A DNA stretch of 64,000 nt. Origin: Spirochaetia bacterium (lineage in GTDB: Bacteria; Spirochaetota; Spirochaetia; SZUA-6; Bin103). Both the position numbers and the translations under genes were made by a program. The notes below the pieces were generated by a model. The model saw only the letters and a program-made list of their open reading frames with translations, did no database searches and was not told where the DNA came from. The stretch covers positions 4,480,001 to 4,544,000 of the forward strand of contig CBDBDQ010000005.1 of the NCBI GenBank assembly GCA_965203905.1, in the 5' to 3' direction. This document shows positions 21,960-31,458 of the stretch, one piece after another (within the stretch, counting starts at the first letter, position 1; every line of letters begins with the position of its first letter).

Positions 21960-23591
21960 TCAGGAGTCTCCCTGGCCATAGCGCTGCTCCATCTGTTGCC
22001 GAATCAACGCGCTCTGCTCCTCGGCACCGTAGGAGAACCAGCGATGTTCCGGACGGTCGAGGATCTCGTTCAGCACCGTCTCCGCCGCCTCGGCACCGGC
22101 CTCGCCTCGGGCGTGCTCGATCAGCTCTCGGGCTTGCGGCACCAGCTCCATGTAGAAACGCTCCGCCACCTCGAACATGCCGTGCCAATGGGCGTAGTCG
22201 GGCGCCATCATCGAGGCCCCGTGGCGCGCCCGGCGGCCCTCGTGGTGCCAGAGGTAGAACCAGGTCCACTCGATCTCTTCGTCGAACTGAGTCGCGGTGA
22301 GCAGGCCTCCCTCCTGCAGCGCCCCCATCAGCGCCTGCCCCGGCTTGGCGAACTTCTCGTTGTACAGCACCACCAGGCTGTCGTACTGCTGGTAGAAGCC
22401 GGTCACGTACGGCTGCGTGTGGCAGTGCAGACATACCGCCTGCATCCGCTGCCGCTTGGCGTCGGCGGTGTCGGCGATCAACCGGGCGCGCACTTCCGGG
22501 TCCGCGCTCTTGACGACGTTGCCCTCGGCGTCGGTGTCCATGCGCAGACTCACCGGCGGCCGATTGGTCCACGAGATGCGGATCCCCGGATCATGGGTGA
22601 TCTTGCCGTTGTTCCGGGTGTTGCCCGACATGTGGCAGGTGGCACAGGTAGGCGCCTGGCTGTAGTCCACGCCCAGAACCCAACGGTTGGCATCCAGATT
22701 CATGTACTGCACCAGATCCCGGTAGGCGACCCCGTGCTTCGATTCCTCGAAGATCTCCTTCTGCGGATGGTCGGGCCCGAGGTGACACTTGGCGCAGTTC
22801 TCCGGCTGGCGCGCGCGCCGCGGCGAGAAATCATGACGCGAGTGGCAAGCGGAGCAAGACCCCAGCGACCCGTCCAGGTTGATCCGGCCGATCCCGGTGT
22901 TGGGCCAGGTCCCCGGATCGAACAACACTCGGCCCTGAGCGTCGCGCAGCACGCTCGCCGCGGCCGCCGCCACCGTGGGACGGCCCGCGGCGTCCGGCTT
23001 CAGATCATCCACGGTGATCGTTCCCCCGCCCGTGGTCTGCAGTCCGATCTTGCTGCCGTGGCACTGCATGCAGCCGACCTGGGCGCTGGCCAGGCCGTTG
23101 ACCATGCCTACCTGCATGCCTGGAGTGGGGGAATGAGGATCGAACGGTATCCGTGAACCTTCCACGGTCTCGGCCAGAAAGTTGTCCAACGACGCCAGGA
23201 TGTTGCCGCCTTCGGCGTGGTGGCTGGCGGCAAACTCCGCGGCTTCAACGGGGTGACACTGCGCGCAGTCCAGCGGGGTGACGATGGTGGCGATGATGTT
23301 CCCCCAGTGCATGAAGTGGTCCGCGTCCTCCACCTGCGCCGCGTGGCACTCCACGCACCCGATCCCCTTCTCGGCATGGGTACTGCTCTTCCAATGGTCG
23401 ACCAGGCCGGGGGTCACCTGGGTGTGACAATCCACGCACTGCGCCGAACTCGCCGGGACAGCGATCGCCGGCTGCACCAGCCCCGCCTCGCGCCGGCTCC
23501 GCATCAGCTCCTGGACATGAACGAAGAACAGCGTTCCCAAGTAGACCACGGCCAAGGTCCCGATGATCAGCTTCTTTCCGCTCAATCCCAT
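21960..23591 (-). CDS. Octaheme cytochrome c, hydroxylamine oxidoreductase (HAO) family
   Basis: Eight CxxCH motifs (CVDCH, CVECH, CAQCH, CMQCH, CSACH, CAKCH, CATCH, CLHCH), CHLGPDHPQKEIFEESKHG and WHHEGRRAR..APDYAHWHG; N-terminal membrane anchor. Confidence 0.92.
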   Translation of the reverse strand: MGLSGKKLIIGTLAVVYLGTLFFVHVQELMRSRREAGLVQPAIAVPASSAQCVDCHTQVTPGLVDHWKSSTHAEKGIGCVECHAAQVEDADHFMHWGNIIATIVTPLDCAQCHPVEAAEFAASHHAEGGNILASLDNFLAETVEGSRIPFDPHSPTPGMQVGMVNGLASAQVGCMQCHGSKIGLQTTGGGTITVDDLKPDAAGRPTVAAAAASVLRDAQGRVLFDPGTWPNTGIGRINLDGSLGSCSACHSRHDFSPRRARQPENCAKCHLGPDHPQKEIFEESKHGVAYRDLVQYMNLDANRWVLGVDYSQAPTCATCHMSGNTRNNGKITHDPGIRISWTNRPPVSLRMDTDAEGNVVKSADPEVRARLIADTADAKRQRMQAVCLHCHTQPYVTGFYQQYDSLVVLYNEKFAKPGQALMGALQEGGLLTATQFDEEIEWTWFYLWHHEGRRARHGASMMAPDYAHWHGMFEVAERFYMELVPQARELIEHARGEAGAEAAETVLNEILDRPEHRWFSYGAEEQSALIRQQMEQRYGQGDS

Positions 23592-23604
23592 CTTCGACCT
23601 CCCG

Positions 23605-24678
23605 TCAATGGACTGTGACCGCCTCCCATACCGTGAGCCCCAACAACGCGGCCACTACCACCAACCCGATCCAGATGCTTATGTCAGGCACGTGCAGGTA
23701 TCGCACCAGCAGCCGCTCCACGAACGGCCACAGCAGCGCCACGAACATCGCACATCCCATGGTCAGTAGCGCTACCGTCCCTGAAAACAGCTTGAGCCAG
23801 CGGAATATGGGATAGAAGAACCACTCCGGCTTGATCGTCTCCGGGGTGGTGAGCGGATCCGCCGGTGGCCCCAGCGTTGCCGGCAGCACCGTGGCCAGCG
23901 CGCTCAAGGTGATCAGCACCAGCAACGCCACGATCACCTCGGTGTAGAGATGGTCCGGCAGCAGTCGATACCGCGCGGAGTTGCTCTTGCTCCCGTCCCG
24001 CGCGCCGCTGCCCTGCTCCAGCTCCGACACGCCCTGCAGCCGAACCAGCAGCAGGTGCAGAACCATCAGCACCGTCAGCGCTGCCGGCAGGATCGCGGCG
24101 TGGATGATGAAGAACCGCGACAGCGTGGTGTCGTTGTAGAACGTTCCGCCATACAGCAGTCCCTTCGCCAGGTCGCCAATGAACGGCGCACGTCCGACGA
24201 GGTTGGCGCCGACGGTGGCTCCCCAGTAACCGAGCTGATCGAACACCAGTCGGTAACCGGTGAAGGCGGTCAGCAACGTGCACGCCAGCAGCAGTATTCC
24301 GAGCATCCAGCTCAGCTCCCGCGGATAGCGATAGGCGCCGGTGAAGAAGGTCCTCATGTGATGCAGGGCGACCGCGGCCACCATGAAGGTCGCAGCCCAC
24401 CTGTGCAGGCTGCGGATGAACCACCCGAACGCCACTTCCTCGGTGATGTAGCGCACCGATTCATAGGCCACCGCAGGATCAGGGCGGTAGTAGAGCGCCA
24501 GCAGGATCCCGGTCACCACCTGAACGAAGAACAGGAACGCCGCGGTGCCACCGAGGGCGAACCACCAGTGGCGCAGGTGCGCGGGCAGCTCTTCCTGCAG
24601 CGCGGATGTGAGCGCGCCGCGGCGCAAGGCTACGCGGCGGCGTATCCAGCCAGTCCTGGTCTCCGCGCCACCCATCAC
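23605..24678 (-). CDS. Cytochrome b of a Rieske/cytochrome b complex
   Basis: Heme b ligands SLHRW..ALHH and IIHAA..VLHL; PEWFF (PEWY-like) motif. Confidence 0.93.
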   Translation of the reverse strand: MMGGAETRTGWIRRRVALRRGALTSALQEELPAHLRHWWFALGGTAAFLFFVQVVTGILLALYYRPDPAVAYESVRYITEEVAFGWFIRSLHRWAATFMVAAVALHHMRTFFTGAYRYPRELSWMLGILLLACTLLTAFTGYRLVFDQLGYWGATVGANLVGRAPFIGDLAKGLLYGGTFYNDTTLSRFFIIHAAILPAALTVLMVLHLLLVRLQGVSELEQGSGARDGSKSNSARYRLLPDHLYTEVIVALLVLITLSALATVLPATLGPPADPLTTPETIKPEWFFYPIFRWLKLFSGTVALLTMGCAMFVALLWPFVERLLVRYLHVPDISIWIGLVVVAALLGLTVWEAVTVH

Positions 24679-25268
24679 ACTACACCCTGGTCCACCACCA
24701 CATGGATGAACAGCGCCCCCCGCTCCAGGCGCAACCGAAATCGCTCCAGGTCAAGCCCTTCCTCGAACGGCGGTCCCCCCGTGGGGCGCCCCTCCGGGTC
24801 GAATACTCCGTTGTGGCACGGACAGACGAACCGCCGGTGCTGGGGCTCCCAGTGCACGCGGCACCCGAGATGGGGACAGGCGCTGGAGAACGCCGCGAAT
24901 GAACTGGTCTCCGCGGGCGCGTGAAGCCGGGTGACATTCACCAGCGCTCCCGTGGGGCTGACGTACGGGACCGTCTGGCCGACCGCGACGTCGCGCTCCA
25001 GGACCACGAACTGCCAGCGTGCTTCGGCACCGCGGCGCGGGAACAGGAACCGGGCCGCGATGGTCAGCAGCCAGCCGCCGGCCACGCTCAGACTGCCCGC
25101 CATCAGCCAGCCGCCAGCACGCCGCAGAAAGCGCCGGCGACCGATCGGCCGGTCGGAACCTGGCATAGCGACATTCTCACCCATGGTGCTGCTGTGCCGC
25201 TCCGGCAACCAGTATCCCCGATCTGCCGTTCCAACGCGACAGCACCTGCCGCCGCCGCAGCAGCCCAA
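24675..25268 (-). CDS. Rieske 2Fe-2S protein (true start probably later, at MGENV or MPGSD)
   Basis: Tat-like RRRFL plus TM helix; CPHLGC and CPCHNG. Confidence 0.93.
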   Translation of the reverse strand: MGCCGGGRCCRVGTADRGYWLPERHSSTMGENVAMPGSDRPIGRRRFLRRAGGWLMAGSLSVAGGWLLTIAARFLFPRRGAEARWQFVVLERDVAVGQTVPYVSPTGALVNVTRLHAPAETSSFAAFSSACPHLGCRVHWEPQHRRFVCPCHNGVFDPEGRPTGGPPFEEGLDLERFRLRLERGALFIHVVVDQGVV

Positions 25269-25577
25269 ATCCGTGCCGAAGCACCTGATTCTCTCTCGCT
25301 AATTCGCGAATCGGCGGACTTTCGGAATCTACTCGGAAGTTCGCGATTTCGCGTTAGGACGGCCCCCTATGCGAAATACTGAACCAACGCGCGTAAATCG
25401 TCTCTCCAAAACAACCTGATGAGCACAGTCAACATCGTGGAGCAGTTTGGAATGAAATCAACCTGCTAAATTCACGAATTGGCGTAACAGTCGCGAAACG
25501 AACAAGAAATTCGCCATTTCGCGAATGGACCGATGGGGTGTGGCGCTGTACACGGGGCCGCCGGCGGCCCGCGCCCC

Positions 25578-27236
25578 TCAGGCGTCCGCTGGACCGAGCA
25601 GCTTCGCCTCTTCCTTCTTGATTTCGTCCATCAGCAGCACCAGGTCCAGGACGTCATGACTGGCCACGGTGCCCCGGAATTCGCCCGTCTCCCGGTCCAT
25701 GACGGGGATCACCCCGACCGAGCTGGCCGCCATCCGTTCCAGCACGTCCGATATCAGCTCGTCGGGCCAGGCCCAGGGCAGGTTGAGGCGCAGCACGTCG
25801 CGCAACGTGGTCGTGGCCCACTTGTCGTGGGGGATGGCGCGCAGCCGGGCCAGCGAGACGATACCCGCGACTGACCCGTCGTCGGCTACCACGTAGTCGG
25901 GATGGTTGGGCACCGTCCACTCGTCCATGAAGCTCTGCACCGAGGTGGACGACTGCGGATAGTCCCGCGAGCGATCCAGCACGCTGCTGACCTTGACGCC
26001 GTCGAGCGCATAGCGGGCGTAGGACGGGGTGACCGCCGGAGCCGGTGCCGCGTGGGCCCGGGACTTGGCGCGCTTCACCGTGAAATCGATCACCGGCGGC
26101 ATCAGCAGGATGTAGCCGAACATGATGAGCACGAGCAGCGAGAACACGTCCTGCCCGATCACGCCGGCCTCCAGCATGACCAGGAGCAGGGCAATCTCCG
26201 CAACGCCCTTCGACATCAGACCGGTGGCCAGGGTGACCGGTGCGTCGAGGCGAGTCAGATACGTGCTCAGGAATGCGCCGATGAACTTTCCCGCCAGCGG
26301 GATGAGCACCAGGGCCACCAGGGTCGCGACGGGGATTGCCATGAACGAGAGGTCGAACTGCAGTCCCGCCGAGGCAAAGAACAGCGGAACGAACAGTCCC
26401 TCCGCCGCGCTGCGCATGCCCGGCATGATGTCGCGGTGCACCCGTTGCGGCAGTCCGGACAGCGCGGTGCCGAACAGCAGCGCGCCGATGGTGCCGTGCA
26501 GCCCCAGTTTCTCGGCCGCCACCACGACCAGGAACAGCCCGCCCATCAACAGGCCGAACGAGAGCTCGGGCACCTGCAGGAGACGTCGCAGGAACATGAT
26601 GACAGGCGGCAGCACCTTGGTGGAGAGGACCCAGGTCACGACCACGAAACCGGTGATCTGGGCCAGCAGCACCAGCACGCCGACCACGCTCAGGTCGTGA
26701 TGCTCGCCGATGGTGAACCCCACCACCAGCAGTGCGGTCACTTCGGCGATGATCACCACGGTAAAGATCTTGAGCCCGATCGGTTCCTTGAGGTGGCCGC
26801 CGTCGGCCAGCACCTTAGCCACCAGCCCGAGGCTCGACAGCGACAGGATGCCCGCCAGCGCCAGTGCCTCGGTAAAGCCCAGGCCGAGCGCGAACTCCAA
26901 CCCCAGCAGGTCCGAGGTGACCACCAGTGCCGCCAGCAGCGAGATGATCACCGACACCACCGCGGCCACGAAGTAGCGGCCGCGGATGGTGGCCACGAAG
27001 CCGGCGAGGTCGATCTCGTCGAGGCCGATGAGAAAGAACAGGACGAATATGCCCACCCCGAGAAAGAGCTGGATCTCGGGCGTGGGCTTGACGATGCCGA
27101 GCACCGGGCCGAGCACCACGCCGGTTATGGTGTAGGCGAGGATCGAACTCAGGCCGAACCGGCCCAGGATGCCCTCGACCAGCTTGGCGACGACGATCAG
27201 CAGCCCCAGAGGGAGAAAGACTTCAATAATATGCAT
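25578..27236 (-). CDS. Cation:proton antiporter with C-terminal CBS pair
   Basis: Many TM helices with GLDEID, LFVPLFFASAGL and LMSKGVAEI; CBS-like tail. Confidence 0.88.
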   Translation of the reverse strand: MHIIEVFLPLGLLIVVAKLVEGILGRFGLSSILAYTITGVVLGPVLGIVKPTPEIQLFLGVGIFVLFFLIGLDEIDLAGFVATIRGRYFVAAVVSVIISLLAALVVTSDLLGLEFALGLGFTEALALAGILSLSSLGLVAKVLADGGHLKEPIGLKIFTVVIIAEVTALLVVGFTIGEHHDLSVVGVLVLLAQITGFVVVTWVLSTKVLPPVIMFLRRLLQVPELSFGLLMGGLFLVVVAAEKLGLHGTIGALLFGTALSGLPQRVHRDIMPGMRSAAEGLFVPLFFASAGLQFDLSFMAIPVATLVALVLIPLAGKFIGAFLSTYLTRLDAPVTLATGLMSKGVAEIALLLVMLEAGVIGQDVFSLLVLIMFGYILLMPPVIDFTVKRAKSRAHAAPAPAVTPSYARYALDGVKVSSVLDRSRDYPQSSTSVQSFMDEWTVPNHPDYVVADDGSVAGIVSLARLRAIPHDKWATTTLRDVLRLNLPWAWPDELISDVLERMAASSVGVIPVMDRETGEFRGTVASHDVLDLVLLMDEIKKEEAKLLGPADA

Positions 27237-27239
27237 CAG

Positions 27240-27890
27240 CTAGTCGAACGATACCATTGCGGAGGTGAGGTCGGACTCGATTTCGCGTACCGCGGCGGTG
27301 ACTTCGCGTCCCATCAGGTCCAGCTTGTCGATCTGCCGGATGCGTGGCAGCAGCTTCTGCAACTCTTCGCCGGAGAGCAGGGTGGCGAAGATGCCGCAGG
27401 CGTCCGCCAGAGCGATGATCAGCGTGTCGCGGGCGTCGGGTATCTCCTCGCTGCGCAGCACCTCCATGATGCGCAGTCTCACTTCCTTCACCGCCTGGTC
27501 ATCCAGCACCGGGTAGCGCCGGGTGCGGAACACCCACAGGAACCGACCCTGCTCCTGGCGCAGAACGCCGCGTTCGACGAGACGGGCCAGGGAACGATCG
27601 CGAATCTCGCCTGCGTACGAGGCAATCTCCCGGATCCAATGGCGGGTGTCATGGATTGCGGTGGAGCCTGCAATGCGCCGCAGGGTTGGGGCCAGCAGCT
27701 CATCGTCGCTCGGCAGCGGGTTCACCACGAACAGCCGCTGCGGGTCGGTATCGATGTGTCCGTCGAGCGCCAGATCCATGAGTACGGCGCCGGCCAGGGC
27801 GAGTTCGAGCGACTGCGGGGGCAGTTCGGCGAAGGCTCCACCGCCATCATCGAGCAGCAGCAGCATGATCTCTTCGGAGAATCTGAGCAT
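27240..27890 (-). CDS. GPP34/GOLPH3 family protein
   Basis: EEIMLLLLDD, LAGAVLMDLALDGHID, LVERGVL..FLWVF.TRRYP. Confidence 0.85.
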   Translation of the reverse strand: MLRFSEEIMLLLLDDGGGAFAELPPQSLELALAGAVLMDLALDGHIDTDPQRLFVVNPLPSDDELLAPTLRRIAGSTAIHDTRHWIREIASYAGEIRDRSLARLVERGVLRQEQGRFLWVFRTRRYPVLDDQAVKEVRLRIMEVLRSEEIPDARDTLIIALADACGIFATLLSGEELQKLLPRIRQIDKLDLMGREVTAAVREIESDLTSAMVSFD

Positions 27891-27931
27891 TCAGGCCCTC
27901 TCGCGCGCGGTGACCGACTGCGTGGGACACA

Positions 27932-30448
27932 TCAGGCGGCCACTCGCTTGCGCATGATGAGTCGATTGTGCCCGCCGAAGGTGGCGTGTTCCACCCCATC
28001 CATCTGTGCCGGCCGCACGATCTCCCCGGCCACGTGGCTCACGTAGCGGTCATCGGCGCTCGTGTCGGGTGGGGCATCCACCAACTCGTAGGGAGCACCG
28101 TAGTCGTCCACCGTCAACTCTGCCACTCCATCCTCGAGCGAGGCCCGGACGGAAATCTCGTAGGTGCTGCCCGCGGGCAGGCGGTAGTCGATGGTGGTGG
28201 TGAGCACGTCGGCCAGCGCCATCTGGAGCCCTCTGGCGGTAGCCGGATCGATGCCGGCGCGCTTGGCGAAGGCGGCGATCTCGCCGGTGGCCCGTGGTAT
28301 CTCGGCGAGGTCATTGCGCAGCGAGAAGCGGTGCACGATGATCGCGTCCTCCGCCTTCTCGCGACTGAGCACGAGCATTGCGATGTCGTCGAACTGCGGC
28401 GCTTCTCCGGCGAACGCCTCCACCGTCCGCAACATGGTCTCTATGGTGTCGCTGGGGCTGCGGTCGGCACAGGTCAGCAGGCTCTCGCGCATGCGCTCGT
28501 AGCCGAACTCCTCTTCCTCGAGGTTGGTCGACTCCGGCACGCCGTCGGTATAGAGGAACAGTTTCCCCTGCGGCGGGATCACCACCCGACCATCGCCGTA
28601 GTCCAACCCGTCGAACATTGCCAGGGCCACGCCGCCGGTCAGCGGCAGCAGATCGGCCTGGCCCGGGGCCACCAGCACCGGCGGGTTGTGGCCGCCATTG
28701 CAGTACCACAGCGTCCCGTCGCGGCGGTCGAAGATGCCGTAGAACACGGTGACGAACACGTCGGAGCGGGACGCGTCGGCCAGCGTCTCGTTGACCATCT
28801 CCAGGCACTTGCCGGGTCCGTCCTCCACGTAGCGGGCGGTGGCCCGAATCACGGTGCGGGTAACCGCCATGAACAGGGACGCGGGCACGCCCTTGCCCAC
28901 CACGTCGCCGATGACGATGCCGACGCGGTCCTCGTCCAGCGGGAAGAAGTCGTAGAAGTCGCCGCCCACCTCCTTGGCCGTGTGCATGGTGGCGTGGATG
29001 TGGGTGCCGTCGGTGTCAAGCTGCTCGCCGGGGAGGAAGGAACGTTGCACGCGGGTCGCGACCTGCAGGTCGTGCTGCAGGGCCATGTAGGCGGTCTGCG
29101 TGCGCAACGCCTCCTGCAGCTCTGCCACCAGCGTGCGCAGGCGCTCCTGCTGCCGCCCGACGCGATCGGTCATCTTCTGGAAGGCGAAGCCCATCACCTG
29201 CAGGTCGCCGGCGCTGTCCTGCTCGGCCGGCATCTCTCCCGGGCGGTTCGCCGCCGGCACCGCCGGAGCCTCGATCTCGGCCAGGTCCTGGAGGATGTCG
29301 TTGCGCTCTTCCTCGTTCAGGTTGGTGGACAGCCGCGTCATCTCGCCGCGGATGAACCGCTCCTGCTGGCGCTGGCGGCGCAGCGCCCGCCGGCGGTGAC
29401 GGCGCAACGCCAGGGTCTGGGTGCGGAACGTGTTGACCGCCTCCGCGATGCGCGCCAGCTCGTCATTGGCGTGCTGATGGCTCACCTCGACGGTGGCCTG
29501 GGTATCGCCGCGCGAGAGCGCATCCAGCACCTGCACCCCGTCGGTAAGGGGGGACAGTGCGCGCCGGAGGTAATAGGACAGCGCCACCAGCGACGCCAGC
29601 AGGAAGCCGCCGATCGCCAGGAAGGTGATCCGTCCGACGCGGCGCTGCTCGGTATACGCCGCGGTCACGTCGCGCACGGTGACCACCTGAGCCACCAGGT
29701 TGCCCAGCTCCGCCTCCAGCGGGAATGCGGCGAGCGAAAACACGCGATCGTCCTCGCTGCGCAGCTCCTGCGCGGCGCGGTCCCGGAGCCACTCCGACCC
29801 GCTCACGGCGTCCCAGATCTGCGGATCGGTGCCCGCCAGCAGGCGGCCGCGCCGGTTGACGATCAACGCCTCGGCACCGATGTCCTCCCTGAGCTCGGAC
29901 AGGGCCTGCACGATGTCGGTGGCATAGATGGCCACCGCCAGCGGCGTTCCGTCGTCCGCGTACAGCAGCACCCCCACGGACAGCGTCACGTTGCGCTCGG
30001 CGTCGATCGCCACCCCGCTGGCGCCGCGGCGTCCGACGATCATGGCGCTGAGAGCGTCTTCGCTCGCCGCAGCGGTGGGCTCGAACGCCGGTTCCGAGGA
30101 GTACAGCACCTCCCGCGACAGCGCCACCAGGTCGAGGCGGGTCACGTCTCCGGTGCTGCGCAACCGGGCGAGCACGTTCCCGGCGGCCGTCGAGATGGCG
30201 CCGGGATCGTTGTCGAGCAACGCGGCGCGCAAAGCATCATGCTGCTCCACCAGCGGCGTGAGCTCGCGCATGCGCTGAATCCCGGTCTCGACGATCTTGC
30301 TCCACAGCGCCCGGCTGCCGCCGATGGCGGTCTGGTCGAGCTGCTCGCGCAGCAACTCCTCGCGCTGGAAGCCGGCGAACACCAGACCGGCGATCATCAC
30401 CGCCATGAACGCTACGACAATGAGGCCGATGCGGGTCTTGATTCCCAT
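27932..30448 (-). CDS. Membrane sensor: Cache-like region, HAMP, SpoIIE/PP2C phosphatase, degenerate anti-sigma kinase-like domain
   Basis: Two TM helices and HAMP; VGGDFYD, GDVVGKGVPA, YTDGVPE and QFDDI; C-terminal LRNDLAEI..VDDYGAPY..GGHNRL. Confidence 0.9.
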   Translation of the reverse strand: MGIKTRIGLIVVAFMAVMIAGLVFAGFQREELLREQLDQTAIGGSRALWSKIVETGIQRMRELTPLVEQHDALRAALLDNDPGAISTAAGNVLARLRSTGDVTRLDLVALSREVLYSSEPAFEPTAAASEDALSAMIVGRRGASGVAIDAERNVTLSVGVLLYADDGTPLAVAIYATDIVQALSELREDIGAEALIVNRRGRLLAGTDPQIWDAVSGSEWLRDRAAQELRSEDDRVFSLAAFPLEAELGNLVAQVVTVRDVTAAYTEQRRVGRITFLAIGGFLLASLVALSYYLRRALSPLTDGVQVLDALSRGDTQATVEVSHQHANDELARIAEAVNTFRTQTLALRRHRRRALRRQRQQERFIRGEMTRLSTNLNEEERNDILQDLAEIEAPAVPAANRPGEMPAEQDSAGDLQVMGFAFQKMTDRVGRQQERLRTLVAELQEALRTQTAYMALQHDLQVATRVQRSFLPGEQLDTDGTHIHATMHTAKEVGGDFYDFFPLDEDRVGIVIGDVVGKGVPASLFMAVTRTVIRATARYVEDGPGKCLEMVNETLADASRSDVFVTVFYGIFDRRDGTLWYCNGGHNPPVLVAPGQADLLPLTGGVALAMFDGLDYGDGRVVIPPQGKLFLYTDGVPESTNLEEEEFGYERMRESLLTCADRSPSDTIETMLRTVEAFAGEAPQFDDIAMLVLSREKAEDAIIVHRFSLRNDLAEIPRATGEIAAFAKRAGIDPATARGLQMALADVLTTTIDYRLPAGSTYEISVRASLEDGVAELTVDDYGAPYELVDAPPDTSADDRYVSHVAGEIVRPAQMDGVEHATFGGHNRLIMRKRVAA

Positions 30449-30453
30449 CAGAC

Positions 30454-31458
30454 CTAACTGACCACCTGCGCGATGCGCAGCAGGTCGAGCGGCGGGTAGA
30501 TGCCGAGCTGCAGCGCTACCGGCATGCGGATGAGCAGCGCGAACCGCGCCAGCGACGCCACCGGGATCTCCTCCGGCTGCTCACCGTCCACCAGGATCCG
30601 TTCCGCCTGCGCCCCCGCCAGCTTGCCGATCAGGTAGTAGCGGCTCACCAGCCCGAGCATCGCCTCGGAGCGCTCGAAGGTCGCCTCGGTGCCGGCGAAC
30701 ACCGGTATCCCGTGCGCGGCGGCAGCGGTGGTGATCCTGGAGCTGTTGACGGTAATGAACGAGTCCGGGCCCATGTAGATGAAGTCCACGCCGCGCGCGG
30801 CCAGGTCGTCGACCAGCTCGCCCAGGCGCCCGGCGTCGGGCCTGCCTTCCGCGTCGAGGGGCACCGGCAGCGCCGTGACTTCGATGCCGCGCGCCTCCGC
30901 GCCGGCGCGCAGGTCGTCGACGTTGATCTTCGAATTGGACTCCAGGGAGTTGTAGATCACGCCCAGCGAGTCGATCGACCGGTAGGCCAGGATGGCGTCC
31001 AGTTGGGAGTCTATCGGCGCCAGGAACGCGGTGCCGGTGAGTGGCCGTTCGGTGGACTCGAAGGTCGGCACGATCTTCGCCTGTATCGGATAGGCGACGA
31101 TCGAGAATACCCCCGGGATCCCCTCCACGTGGGCGCCCGGTTCGGCGTCTTCGAAGGGGCCGAAGATGCCGCGCGTGGCCGAGGTGCCGAAGGTGTGCAC
31201 CAGGTCGGGCTTGGCAGCGCGAATTTCGGCCACGATCTCCGGGATCCGGCTGCGGTCCTGGGCGATGTTGCGCAGGGTGTAGCGCACGTGGATGCCGCGT
31301 TCGCGCAGGTGTGCCCGGAAGCCGTGCTCGACGACGGTTTCGCCGCGCCAAACCACCAGGTAGATGTGGAACGGGTCGTCGGCGGTCTGGGCCGGTACGC
31401 TGCCGACGCCGACCACCATGAGTGCGGCCGTGAGGAAGCGAAGACCTCTGCGTGTCAT
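30454..31458 (-). CDS. ABC-type substrate-binding protein
   Basis: Signal peptide MTRRGLRF..; KPDLVHTFGT and LGVIYNSLESNS. Real start is 31458, inside the 1067-aa ORF. Confidence 0.85.
   Translation of the reverse strand: MTRRGLRFLTAALMVVGVGSVPAQTADDPFHIYLVVWRGETVVEHGFRAHLRERGIHVRYTLRNIAQDRSRIPEIVAEIRAAKPDLVHTFGTSATRGIFGPFEDAEPGAHVEGIPGVFSIVAYPIQAKIVPTFESTERPLTGTAFLAPIDSQLDAILAYRSIDSLGVIYNSLESNSKINVDDLRAGAEARGIEVTALPVPLDAEGRPDAGRLGELVDDLAARGVDFIYMGPDSFITVNSSRITTAAAAHGIPVFAGTEATFERSEAMLGLVSRYYLIGKLAGAQAERILVDGEQPEEIPVASLARFALLIRMPVALQLGIYPPLDLLRIAQVVS

Noticed and set aside
25902-30457. Long antisense ORFs (714 and 829 aa) and similar ones elsewhere
   Set aside because: Shadow frames typical of high-GC coding DNA.
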